Shown here in pieces: positions 19,372 to 28,684 of a DNA stretch of 64,000 nt. Numbering within the stretch: the stretch's first letter is position 1; the number at the start of each line of letters is the position of its first letter. The notes below the pieces were generated by a model, which had not been told where the DNA came from, did not search any database, and worked only from the letters and a program-made list of their open reading frames with translations. Origin of the DNA: an uncultured bacterium (GTDB lineage: Bacteria; Patescibacteriota; Saccharimonadia; Saccharimonadales; UBA4665); assembly GCA_963762395.1 (NCBI GenBank), contig CAVXKL010000004.1, positions 227,673-291,672 of the forward strand. The letters run 5' to 3'. A program made the translations under genes and the position numbers.

Positions 19372-20307
19372 ATGCAAATGAAGTTCCTTGACCATGTCCG
19401 TGAAGCTCGCCGCCGCTTGCTATGGGTAGTGATGTCGTTCATCTTAAGCGGAACCGCAGCATATATCTTAAGAACGAAGATAATTACTGTTCTGCAGCGT
19501 CCCCTAGGGTCATCTTTGTACTACACTTCGCCAGCCGGCGGCTTTAACTTTGTTATGGAAGCTACCTTTTTGGTAGCTGCTTTTATTACTCTTCCAGTGA
19601 TGATTTATGAGATAGTCCGCTACGTTGAACCAGCTCTACCGATTAAGATCAAGAATATCCTTTTAACAAAATTAATCGGCTCTTCAATCATTCTGGCACT
19701 GCTCGGTGCCGTCTTTGCTTATTATATCCTCATACCTCAGTCACTTCATTTCTTTTCTTCGTATGCATCAACTAGCGTAAAACCGCTAATATCTACCGGC
19801 GAATATCTAAACTTTATAGCCGGTACAATCATTACTTTTGCGATCATTTTCCAGATACCCTTAATCCTGCTGTTTATTAATCGTATAAAACCATTAAAGC
19901 CAAGAAAAATCCTGCATTATCAAAAAATAGTTATTGTTGGCTCGTTTGTTCTAGCTGTTATTCTGCCCTTTACTTATAGCCCAATTACCCAGTTTGTAGT
20001 AGTAATACCAATTATCTTCTTGTATTACTTATCCATACTCCTGCTGGTTGTCGTTAACCATAAACCTAAAGAAAAAACTGATTCTCTGCCAGATGAGTCT
20101 TCGCTTGATCTAATCAATACAGAAGATCTGCTGGCTGAAGAACTGCCTCCAGCTATTCATATACCACGCGGCGTGTATATTGATGGAATAATGAGGAAAA
20201 CTCCTGCCCAATCATTTGCCGACAGCGGATTTGCTGATATTAAAAGGTTTAACCCAGTTCCCATAGTAAGCACACACAAGATGCGGACTATCGACGGTTT
20301 CTTCTAA
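19372..20307 (+). CDS. tatC: twin-arginine translocase subunit TatC with a ~70-aa C-terminal extension
   Basis: FLDHVREARRRLLWVV N-terminus and six predicted TM helices. It follows the tatA pair directly. Confidence 0.8.
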   Translation: MQMKFLDHVREARRRLLWVVMSFILSGTAAYILRTKIITVLQRPLGSSLYYTSPAGGFNFVMEATFLVAAFITLPVMIYEIVRYVEPALPIKIKNILLTKLIGSSIILALLGAVFAYYILIPQSLHFFSSYASTSVKPLISTGEYLNFIAGTIITFAIIFQIPLILLFINRIKPLKPRKILHYQKIVIVGSFVLAVILPFTYSPITQFVVVIPIIFLYYLSILLLVVVNHKPKEKTDSLPDESSLDLINTEDLLAEELPPAIHIPRGVYIDGIMRKTPAQSFADSGFADIKRFNPVPIVSTHKMRTIDGFF

Positions 20308-20372
20308 TCCCAGCTACTACCTCTTGGTATTTTTAGATTGTTATATCACGCGCTCACCGCTAGAATTAGATC

Positions 20373-20960
20373 ATGTCAAATCAGACGATAAACATTAAGA
20401 GGCAGCTGTTTGCCTCTCCGCCCAAGAACTCCAAGTACTATATTATTGCCGTTGATGGCCGGGGAGGAGCAGGCAAGACCACTCTATCTAAGCACGTCCT
20501 CGAAAAACTAGACGACTTCTCAGTTATCTGCGGTGACGACTACTTTGAACCAATTGAACACCCCATAGCCTGGGGCGGATATAACGAAGAAAGACTCCTT
20601 AAGGACGTTATCGAACCTATTAAAAATGGTTTCAGAGATGTTAATTACCATCCCTATGACTGGAGTAAGGGCTATCCGGCGGAAGAAAAAATACATATCA
20701 ATAAAGGAGTGCTTATTGACCGCTGCTACAGCTTTTCATTTAAACTAGACTTTGACCTTAGAATATGGGTTGAAACACCCAGAGAAATAACACTCAATCG
20801 GGGTATCAGCCGCTCATCAATGCCCGAAATTAGAGCCGAAAAGGTCTGGCGTGAGTTATGGAAGCCACTTGAAGACAGATACATTTTAGAAATTAAACCC
20901 CAGGACATAGCTGATATGGTTATTGATGGTACTTCTCCATTTGAAAACCAAATTGCCTAA
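20373..20960 (+). CDS. P-loop nucleoside/nucleotide kinase-like protein (uridine-kinase-like)
   Basis: Walker A AVDGRGGAGKTTL near the N-terminus, about 195 aa. Assignment is at family level only. Confidence 0.45.
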   Translation: MSNQTINIKRQLFASPPKNSKYYIIAVDGRGGAGKTTLSKHVLEKLDDFSVICGDDYFEPIEHPIAWGGYNEERLLKDVIEPIKNGFRDVNYHPYDWSKGYPAEEKIHINKGVLIDRCYSFSFKLDFDLRIWVETPREITLNRGISRSSMPEIRAEKVWRELWKPLEDRYILEIKPQDIADMVIDGTSPFENQIA

Positions 20961-21071
20961 AAATATATACTCTGTTGTTATCAGCACCATTTCAGATATA
21001 TTTTGCTATACTATCAAGTGAATTTTACTATGAGCCATAACTAGAGTTTAGGGAGTAGCTAAAAAGCTTCA

Positions 21072-22043
21072 ATGAGTCAACTAAAGCATCCAATCAAATT
21101 AGTCATTATGATTCCCTGTCTTAATGAAGAGAAAACTCTGCCGCTTGTTCTTAAGACCATCCCCAAGAAGATTAAGGGTATAGATAAAATAGAGGTTTTG
21201 GTAATTGATGATGGTTCAACAGACAACACCGTCCAAGTTGCCAAGAGTTTAGGCGTTAAACACTTTCTTTACCACGCCAAAAATCAGGGACTTAGCCGGT
21301 CATTCAGACACGGCCTCAACCTAGCTCTTGAAATGGGCGCCGATATTATTGTTAATACCGAAGGGGACAACCAATACAAACAAGAAAGGATACCAGAAAT
21401 AATCCAGCCTATTTTAGATGGCCGGGCAGATGTTGTTATAACAGATCGCCAAACTCAGACTATCGACCATTTTTCTAAGATCCATAAGTTTTATCAACGG
21501 TTCGGAACCTGGGTACTAAATAAGGCAGCCGGCACTAATGTGCCAGACGCCATCAGCGGTTTTAGAGCATACAGCCGTCAGGCAGCCATGCAGCTGAACC
21601 CGATAGCGGATTATTCATGGGCTACCGAGACTACACTCCAGGCGGCCAATAAACACCAATCAATTGTTATTATCCCGATGGCTACTAATCCAAAGCTCAG
21701 AGAGTCAAAACAATTCAAAACATTGGGCCAGCACGTTAGAAGATCTGCCGTAACCATAATACGGGCCTTCATTATGTATAAACCCTATACAGTCTTTATG
21801 TTTTTTGGTATTCTGTTTCTAATTCTTGGCGGTGTACCTTTTATAAGGTATTTAGTTTTATTCAGCATATACAAGAAACCAGGCGAGCACCTCCAGTCAT
21901 TAATTGTAGGCTTGGTCTTCCTTTTCGCCTCATTCCTGTCTATTGCCCTAGGTGTTATTGCTGACCTCATTAGAATAAATAGAGTACTGGCAGAAGACAC
22001 TCTCGAGCTAACTAAAAAACAGACATTTAACCACAAGGATTAG
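21072..22043 (+). CDS. family 2 glycosyltransferase, polyprenyl-phosphate glycosyltransferase-like with C-terminal TM helices
   Basis: IMIPCLNEEKTLP, VIDDGSTDNT and a TEGDNQY (DxD-like) motif, followed by two C-terminal TM helices as in DPM1/GtrB/ArnC-type enzymes. Confidence 0.8.
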   Translation: MSQLKHPIKLVIMIPCLNEEKTLPLVLKTIPKKIKGIDKIEVLVIDDGSTDNTVQVAKSLGVKHFLYHAKNQGLSRSFRHGLNLALEMGADIIVNTEGDNQYKQERIPEIIQPILDGRADVVITDRQTQTIDHFSKIHKFYQRFGTWVLNKAAGTNVPDAISGFRAYSRQAAMQLNPIADYSWATETTLQAANKHQSIVIIPMATNPKLRESKQFKTLGQHVRRSAVTIIRAFIMYKPYTVFMFFGILFLILGGVPFIRYLVLFSIYKKPGEHLQSLIVGLVFLFASFLSIALGVIADLIRINRVLAEDTLELTKKQTFNHKD

Positions 22044-23572
22044 TTAAAGAACCAGACACCTGTTGTGTAAGTCTTCTTTCCACTGACGACTACTTTTTTT
22101 GTTATCTTTTTAGCTACTTCATTAACTTTAATAACCTTTGAGTTCTGCCAATACCAGGTGTTATCGCTCCGCGAAATGTACGTTAAAATACCACCGCCCT
22201 CTAGAAACAAGACCACGATTACACAAGCAATAATAATCTTTAAACGGCTATGCTTTCTAAATGCTAACGAGAAAGCCTTCACGAAAATGGCACCCGTTAG
22301 CAAAAGAACAGGGAGCAAGTAACGGCCATTCATGTTCTCTAGTGTGGCTGTGGACCTATAAGTTGAATAACCATGAAGAATCAGAGCTATAACATAAAAG
22401 GCACAGGCAACTAACATAATTGTCGCATATGGGTTAAATTTAAATAACTCTTTTCTAAATCTAATGGCAGCAATAAAACCAAACAAACCAATAATTAAGG
22501 TAACAGCACTTGGAATGGGTAGCGGCGGGTAATTAGTGAAGTTACTGGCAGGGCCATTAACCGCAAAGAACAGTCTATACCACATCCAATAGAGCCATTC
22601 AAAGATGTATACAACGAAATTACTGGACGGCTTGGTGTGTTTAGTGAGGACTTGAACTTGCCTTTCATAATCAGCATACCAGGCGGAGTAGGCCTTACAC
22701 TGGTTAACGCTTAAAACATTGGAGCAGGATGGATCAACCGAATGGTAATCTATCACATTTACAATATCTCTTTGAACGAACATAACGACGGAAAGAGCTA
22801 GTCCGGCAATAAGCACCGTCTTTAAGATTAACGATTCTTCCTTAAAACTAGACACGAAATTAGCCAGGATTGTCTTTAATTTTGTCCGGTAAGTCCATAG
22901 CAAATAAAAAGAAAAGAAACAGACAATAGCTAAGAATATTGGCAGAAAGGCATATTTAACCAGACTTGTTAAAGTAGCTGTAATAAGGAGTATAAAAACC
23001 GTCCTAAACTGGGGCTTTAATTTCTTAATTTCATCAATCAGCCTAAAGCTTAATAAACAAATAAAGGCAACCAGCGGAATTAATAGATCATCGTAGTTTA
23101 TCTGACCAGCCAATTGAGGCACAATTGGTATTAAAGCGAAGATTAATATTGCTAAGTTGGCGTAACCTTCAGATATCTTGGTCTTGATTAAAATCTTCTT
23201 AAATAAGACAAGGCCGTAAGCAAACAAGAAAATGTCAATAAACCTTAGGGCAACAACTTGGTAGGCCTGACGTTTAGTAACGAGCTCAATTAAACGATAC
23301 GGGTAACTCATCAGATAGTGATAAAGATATGATGGATCCCTGGCTACCGCCCCGTAAGCATTACCGCCTACCGGCTGTTTACTTAGAAATGGAGATAAAT
23401 GGTAGGAGTATATCTTAATAAGACCAAAATGGAATTGTTCATCAAAAGCCTGGGGGTAGGCAGCGGTTAGGGCAATCCAAGCAGCTTCAAAGATAAAAAA
23501 GCCCATAACAAACCAGAAGAAACCCCGACTGCTGATTATCCTCAGGACTCTCTTGGTTATTTTATTTAACAT
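22040..23572 (-). CDS. GT-C fold membrane glycosyltransferase (ArnT/PMT-like)
   Basis: About 12 TM helices, with an acidic motif AFDEQFH in the first extracytoplasmic loop. It is convergent with, and overlaps, the GT2 gene. Confidence 0.55.
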   Translation of the reverse strand: MLNKITKRVLRIISSRGFFWFVMGFFIFEAAWIALTAAYPQAFDEQFHFGLIKIYSYHLSPFLSKQPVGGNAYGAVARDPSYLYHYLMSYPYRLIELVTKRQAYQVVALRFIDIFLFAYGLVLFKKILIKTKISEGYANLAILIFALIPIVPQLAGQINYDDLLIPLVAFICLLSFRLIDEIKKLKPQFRTVFILLITATLTSLVKYAFLPIFLAIVCFFSFYLLWTYRTKLKTILANFVSSFKEESLILKTVLIAGLALSVVMFVQRDIVNVIDYHSVDPSCSNVLSVNQCKAYSAWYADYERQVQVLTKHTKPSSNFVVYIFEWLYWMWYRLFFAVNGPASNFTNYPPLPIPSAVTLIIGLFGFIAAIRFRKELFKFNPYATIMLVACAFYVIALILHGYSTYRSTATLENMNGRYLLPVLLLTGAIFVKAFSLAFRKHSRLKIIIACVIVVLFLEGGGILTYISRSDNTWYWQNSKVIKVNEVAKKITKKVVVSGKKTYTTGVWFFN

Positions 23573-23634
23573 AATTCTTGTTAATATTATCTACGATTTG
23601 CTGAGAATACTCTAAAATGATTAGAGTTTAACCT

Positions 23635-24549
23635 ATGAATACTATAAACGCACTCAAGAAATATACTGCCTTTCCCAAAAGAACCGTTAGCGCGGTACTA
23701 ATTTTAGCGACTTTAGCAGCTGTAGTCTACTTTTTTGACAAGCACCATAATCTATTGACCTCCCTTAAACATATTCCACTCTATGTGACTGCCGAGGTAT
23801 TTGGCCTCTATATCCTTATGCTGGGTGTTATTATCGGCACATTTCAAGCGACCATGTATCTATATGATAAAAAACTGAAACTAAAGGAAAACAGCTTAAT
23901 TAACTGCTATTCGCTTTTTATGAACTTCTTTATTCCCGGCCAAACAGGGGTTGCCTTCAGGGCTTATTACATGAAAAAGAATTATCATCTTAAATATCTG
24001 GACTATACTCTAGCGACCACCATTTATTATTCAATTTACGCTGTTATTTCAATAATTTTTATTCTTGCCGGCAGCCAGCCGTATTATCTCACCCTTCCAA
24101 TTGTCTTAACGGTTATAGTTTTAGCCGTCTTGGGTATAAAGATATACCTGAGGAAGAACCAAAAAACTCGTCTAAAATTAACTCTTAAAAGTTTTTCATA
24201 TTTGGCGTTTATTACCCTAACTCAAGTTATTTTACAAACAATAATATATATGATTGAAATTCATAGCGTAAAACACGGCGTTAGGTTCAGCCAGGTCGTG
24301 ACATATGCCGGTACGGCTAACCTGGCACTGTTTGTCGCCCTAACCCCAGGAGCAATTGGTATAAGAGAGAGCTTCTTAATTCTAAGCGAAAAACTTAATC
24401 ACTTATCTTCATCAACAATAGTTCTAGCTAATGTGGTAGATAGATCCGTCTATATAGCCTTTCTCCTAATTCTAGGAGTAGCTATTGCTCTACTTAAAGT
24501 TCGGGACCGACTGGGAGTTAATAAAACAATCGAGTCAACAAATCCATAA
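23635..24549 (+). CDS. flippase-like polytopic membrane protein (UPF0104/LPG-synthase-TM-like)
   Basis: About 8 TM helices and roughly 300 aa. The genomic context next to GT2/GT-C genes supports the call; family assignment is tentative. Confidence 0.4.
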   Translation: MNTINALKKYTAFPKRTVSAVLILATLAAVVYFFDKHHNLLTSLKHIPLYVTAEVFGLYILMLGVIIGTFQATMYLYDKKLKLKENSLINCYSLFMNFFIPGQTGVAFRAYYMKKNYHLKYLDYTLATTIYYSIYAVISIIFILAGSQPYYLTLPIVLTVIVLAVLGIKIYLRKNQKTRLKLTLKSFSYLAFITLTQVILQTIIYMIEIHSVKHGVRFSQVVTYAGTANLALFVALTPGAIGIRESFLILSEKLNHLSSSTIVLANVVDRSVYIAFLLILGVAIALLKVRDRLGVNKTIESTNP

Positions 24550-24625
24550 ACTTATATTGTTACAGCGAATCTAAAGATACTTGCTATATAATACGTGCCT
24601 TAGAAATAACAGGGGAGCCGCAGGA

Positions 24626-25729
24626 ATGGAGACTCTCAAAAAAAAATATATCCAGGTTTTAAGACGTTTAAATAAAAACACTCTACTGCTCGCTATAGTT
24701 ATAACAGCTGGCTTACTTATTTTAACTGTCGGTCTCGGCTGGTATAACAATAAAGTAGTTTTATCGACCACCAACCCAATTGCTAGATATACGCTAGAGC
24801 CAAATAATCCGCTTTCTTTTATGTCTAACTGGGATGGACCAAACTATATCTCGATATCTAAATCAGGCTATGTTAATAAGTCCCTAGCTAGCTTCTTTCC
24901 GCTATATCCGTTACTGATTCTTCTGTTCAACATAGTCATTAAATCTCCGCTTGACAGCGCTCTATTGGTTTCCTGGCTAAGTTTAGTTGGAGCTATCTAT
25001 TTTTACATTAAGATACTCCGGCGTATCTTTAATGTGTCATCAAACATATCAGCCCTTAAGGGACTGGCCTTTTTTGTCTTATTCCCAACAGCTATTTTTC
25101 TTGTGGCTACGTATACCGAAAGTCTGTTTGCTCTTCTATCGCTTGCCGCAATTTACTTTGCTTTAAATAAGAAATACTTAGCCGTTGGTGTATTTAGTTT
25201 TTTGGGCTGCTTGACTCATCTCGACGGTCTATTTGTCGTAATTTTAGCTTGCTTGATTCTTCTAGAAGAGAAGGTGGAAAAGATAAAAGCGGGCCTAGCA
25301 TTTCTTATTGGTTTTCTTGGACTTGCCGCTTACGGCATATTTCTTGACATTAAGTTTAAAAGCCCGCTAGCTTTTATTATTGCCCAACAAAAATCCCACG
25401 GCTGGTTAAATCTGCATTACTCTGAACTATTTCAATCAGTCAACTTCTTTAATATTGTTTTTATTATATTGCTTATTTTAGCCATAATTTACTGGTGGCA
25501 AAGACGTCGAAGTTTTTCGTATTACAGCATCCTGTTTCTGTTAATACCGCTAATTGGCAATCAATTTGGCGGCTTTAATAGATACATGTTAGTAGCTTTT
25601 CCAGTTCAATTTATGGCCTATGACTACTTTAAGAATAAAAACGTCTCCTATGCCTATCTCCTAGCATTCATGGCTATTATATGGACCTATTTCACTCTGC
25701 AGTATACGGGCGGATATATTGGCGGCTAG
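24626..25729 (+). CDS. GT-C type membrane mannosyltransferase-like protein (PIG-V/DUF2029-like)
   Basis: The motif SNWDGPNYISISKSGY resembles the WDxxxYxxIAxxGY signature, and the protein is polytopic. ATG 24626 is preceded by aggggag, so it is preferred over the track start at 24581. Confidence 0.5.
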   Translation: METLKKKYIQVLRRLNKNTLLLAIVITAGLLILTVGLGWYNNKVVLSTTNPIARYTLEPNNPLSFMSNWDGPNYISISKSGYVNKSLASFFPLYPLLILLFNIVIKSPLDSALLVSWLSLVGAIYFYIKILRRIFNVSSNISALKGLAFFVLFPTAIFLVATYTESLFALLSLAAIYFALNKKYLAVGVFSFLGCLTHLDGLFVVILACLILLEEKVEKIKAGLAFLIGFLGLAAYGIFLDIKFKSPLAFIIAQQKSHGWLNLHYSELFQSVNFFNIVFIILLILAIIYWWQRRRSFSYYSILFLLIPLIGNQFGGFNRYMLVAFPVQFMAYDYFKNKNVSYAYLLAFMAIIWTYFTLQYTGGYIGG

Positions 25730-25886
25730 TTTAATCTTTATTAAATAAAAACTTGAAGACATAAATACAACATATAACAGATAGTTATTTTACTTATTTA
25801 ATCTTCTTTAACTATTTCTAACTGCTTACGAATGTTATGTCTTGTCAGGCTTTTTATGATGTCCTTAGCCTTAAAAGGACAATTGA

Positions 25887-26237
25887 ATGGCTGACTATAA
25901 ACGACTGATTGTAAAATACTTTTCTTTTTTGATCGCGCTGTCGCCTTATGTAACGCTCTCCACCTGCTACGCTAACTCAGCGACAGCCGATGTTTCCCAA
26001 GTTTCTAACTTTATTAAAACTGTAATTGAAGCCTTGGCTGGTTTAGCCGGCCTTGTTGCCACGGGCTTTTTTGTAGTTGGTGGCTTTAGTTACATTACCA
26101 GCTCTGGTAATCCTCAGAGACTTGAAAAAGCAAAGAGAACAATACTGTTCTCGGCTATCGGGCTGGCCATCACTATTGCGGCGTTTGTTTTGTCTGACAT
26201 AGTAGGAAACTTAGCCTCTAATGCTTTTGGGAGCTAG
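25887..26237 (+). CDS. T4SS pilin-like protein (VirB2/TrbC analogue, CPR/Gram-positive type)
   Basis: Signal peptide ending CYA/N, then two hydrophobic helices flanking GGFSYITSSGNPQRLEKAKR. Confidence 0.65.
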   Translation: MADYKRLIVKYFSFLIALSPYVTLSTCYANSATADVSQVSNFIKTVIEALAGLAGLVATGFFVVGGFSYITSSGNPQRLEKAKRTILFSAIGLAITIAAFVLSDIVGNLASNAFGS

Positions 26238-26239
26238 TC

Positions 26240-27589
26240 ATGCTTATTTTGGCCGATGCGGCTAGCACTGTCAGCTCATCAATCGCACCGGTAATTACTG
26301 AAATAAGCCTAATCAGCTCCATCATATGCGCCTTTTTCGTTATGGTTGGCGGCTATCAATATATAACCAGCTCAGGTAACCCGGAGAACCTTCTTCGGGC
26401 TAAAAGGATTATCAAAAATGCCCTAATTGGTTTAGTAATTGTTCTGGCTGCCGCTCTGCTCGGCAACTTCTTAAAAAGTGCCTACGGACCATTATCGTCA
26501 AACGGTTCAAGCGGCATTGTGCCAACTCTTAGTAGTATTAAACCAACTAGTTCCTCAAGCGGTCTAATTACGATAATTATAAAAGCAATTACAGGTGTAC
26601 TAAGCGCCATTGTCGAGACTGTCGCCGTACCATTCTTAAAGGCACTAAGCTATTTTACGTCCGGTACGCCACTAGCCGCGGCTAACCATAGTGTATTTAA
26701 TCTTTGGGTTAGTAGTGTCGGTATAGCCGATGCATTAGTAGTGCTATGCATAGTCTTTATCGGGCTGCATGTGATGGGTTTTTATAGCTTGGGTCTTGGC
26801 GAAGTAAACATTAAACAGTTACTGCCCCAGATATGTATCGTCTTTATGTTTATTAATAGCTCAATATTTATCATTGATGCCATAATCGGACTATCTAACG
26901 TTCTAATAAAAGCAATTAGTGGTGGCAATGCCGCCCAAAATGTCTGGAACGTTTTAAGTGAAGTAGTTAAGCAGCCATCAGCTTATGGCCTAGCTGCTCT
27001 AATAATAATGACCATTTTCTTGGTCTTTAGTGTGATCCTTCTAATCTATTATGTTGGCCGAATCGTAGTTATTTATCTTGGAGCAGTTTTAGCTCCTATT
27101 GTAATCCTTTGCTGGCTGTTGCCTGGTTTAAGAGACATGGTCATATCTGCTTCCAAAAGATATTTTTCAGCCATCTTCGTCCTATTTATACATGTCGTCA
27201 TTTTAGAACTAGCGGCCTCATTACTGGCCGGCATCATTAGTACAAATCAAACACCTGATCCGCTTATGGCCATGGTAGTTGGCCTAGCAACACTAATCGC
27301 CCTCTTAAAGACACAGGGAGTAATGAGCCAATTATCTTACGCCTCAATCGGTCCTAGAATGTCACGGCAAGTCGTCGACAAAATTGTCTTAGGGGTTAGT
27401 TATATTGGCAGCCAAGCAGCCAACACAATTAACAGCTACTTGCCGACCTCTTCTTCGAAGAACGCTAATCATTATTCAGATTCAAACAATCTCAAATTCA
27501 GTAACTTACCAGAAACGAAGTCAAACAATTCAATTAAATCTTCCGAGCCGCCTACACTGACAAATAGGGATGAAGGTAACAATAAATGA
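26240..27589 (+). CDS. VirB6/TrbL-like polytopic channel protein with an N-terminal T4SS-pilin-like module
   Basis: The N-terminal GGYQYITSSGNPENLLRAKR is paralogous to the upstream pilin motif. At least 6 TM helices and a polar tail follow. Confidence 0.6.
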   Translation: MLILADAASTVSSSIAPVITEISLISSIICAFFVMVGGYQYITSSGNPENLLRAKRIIKNALIGLVIVLAAALLGNFLKSAYGPLSSNGSSGIVPTLSSIKPTSSSSGLITIIIKAITGVLSAIVETVAVPFLKALSYFTSGTPLAAANHSVFNLWVSSVGIADALVVLCIVFIGLHVMGFYSLGLGEVNIKQLLPQICIVFMFINSSIFIIDAIIGLSNVLIKAISGGNAAQNVWNVLSEVVKQPSAYGLAALIIMTIFLVFSVILLIYYVGRIVVIYLGAVLAPIVILCWLLPGLRDMVISASKRYFSAIFVLFIHVVILELAASLLAGIISTNQTPDPLMAMVVGLATLIALLKTQGVMSQLSYASIGPRMSRQVVDKIVLGVSYIGSQAANTINSYLPTSSSKNANHYSDSNNLKFSNLPETKSNNSIKSSEPPTLTNRDEGNNK

Positions 27590-28074
27590 GAGTCTCAGCA
27601 ATACCTGCTCAAATTACTACAGTCGAAGACCGGATAGCAGGTAATTTAAACCTAACCCAGATTTTGTTACTGGCTGTTCCAATCTTTACTAGTGCGGTTA
27701 TTTTCTTTGTCTTACCCCCGATCGGTAAATTCTCAATATATAAACTGATATTAATTATTTTCTTCTCCTCTATATGTGCTAGCCTAGCACTGAGAGTAAA
27801 TAACCATTTAGTTATAGACATCCTAAAACTAAGAGCTAAATATGAACTTCGTCCTCGTATCTATGTTTTCAAAAAACAACAGTTGTCTCCGGTTAAGACA
27901 AAAGTCTCTGAACCCATAAAGCCAAGATCTAAACGCACTCTTGTATTTAAAGAAGCCAAACAGGAAATGAAGTATAGCGATATTGGTCATAAGCTGCTGA
28001 ATGATCAGAAATATAGCGTAACTTTTCATCAAAGGGCAGGAGGGTTAATTGTTAAAGTCAGTTTTTCAGGGTAA
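27586..28074 (+). CDS. PrgI/VirB3-like small membrane protein
   Basis: The IPAQITTVEDRIAGNLNLTQILLLAVP N-terminus and two TM helices match the PrgI-family layout. It sits directly upstream of VirB4. Confidence 0.5.
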   Translation: MRVSAIPAQITTVEDRIAGNLNLTQILLLAVPIFTSAVIFFVLPPIGKFSIYKLILIIFFSSICASLALRVNNHLVIDILKLRAKYELRPRIYVFKKQQLSPVKTKVSEPIKPRSKRTLVFKEAKQEMKYSDIGHKLLNDQKYSVTFHQRAGGLIVKVSFSG

Positions 28075-28684
28075 ACAGGGGAACACTTCTGCTCAAATAG
28101 ATATTCGCGATATTTCAGGCGGCATATTAAAGCTGTCTAATGGAAAATATCGCCTAATAATGGCAACCAGCTCAATTAACTTTGAACTTAAAAGCGAAGA
28201 TGAAAAGGATGCACTAATAGATACTTATGAAAGTTTCTTAAACTCGGTCGGATTTCCGATCCAGCTATTAATTAGAACTAGAGAAATAGATATTGATGAC
28301 TATCTAAACTCATTAAATCTGCGGCTAGACAAAGAATCTGAAGAAATATATAAAGCACAACTGATTAGCCATAAAAAGTTTATATTCACCCTAGTTAGCT
28401 CTAATAAAATCCTAAGCCGACAGTTTTATGTCGTCATTCCATATGATGATTTAAAAAACATGGACAAAGCCAGTATTAAGGACCAGTTGTCCATAAGAGC
28501 GGATATAGTATCGAAGAATTTAAGCAGACTAGGCATTACCACCAAGCAGCTAGCTTCGATAGAAGTGATTGACCTCTTCTACAGTTTTTATTCTCCTGAA
28601 AGATCAAAGACCCAACCACTTAGTCAGAAAGCATTAGATGTTATGGGCTCAGAGTTCGTGCTAAAGGATAAGAAAGATGATTAA
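28049..28684 (+). CDS. VirB4-family ATPase, N-terminal fragment or subunit
   Basis: IDIRDISGGILKLSNGKYRLIMATSSINFELKSEDEKDALIDTYESFLNSVGFPIQLLIRT matches the N-terminal domain of Gram-positive VirB4 (PrgJ/TcpF-like). The TTG start overlaps the PrgI-like ORF by 26 nt. Confidence 0.6.
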   Translation: MLKSVFQGKQGNTSAQIDIRDISGGILKLSNGKYRLIMATSSINFELKSEDEKDALIDTYESFLNSVGFPIQLLIRTREIDIDDYLNSLNLRLDKESEEIYKAQLISHKKFIFTLVSSNKILSRQFYVVIPYDDLKNMDKASIKDQLSIRADIVSKNLSRLGITTKQLASIEVIDLFYSFYSPERSKTQPLSQKALDVMGSEFVLKDKKDD

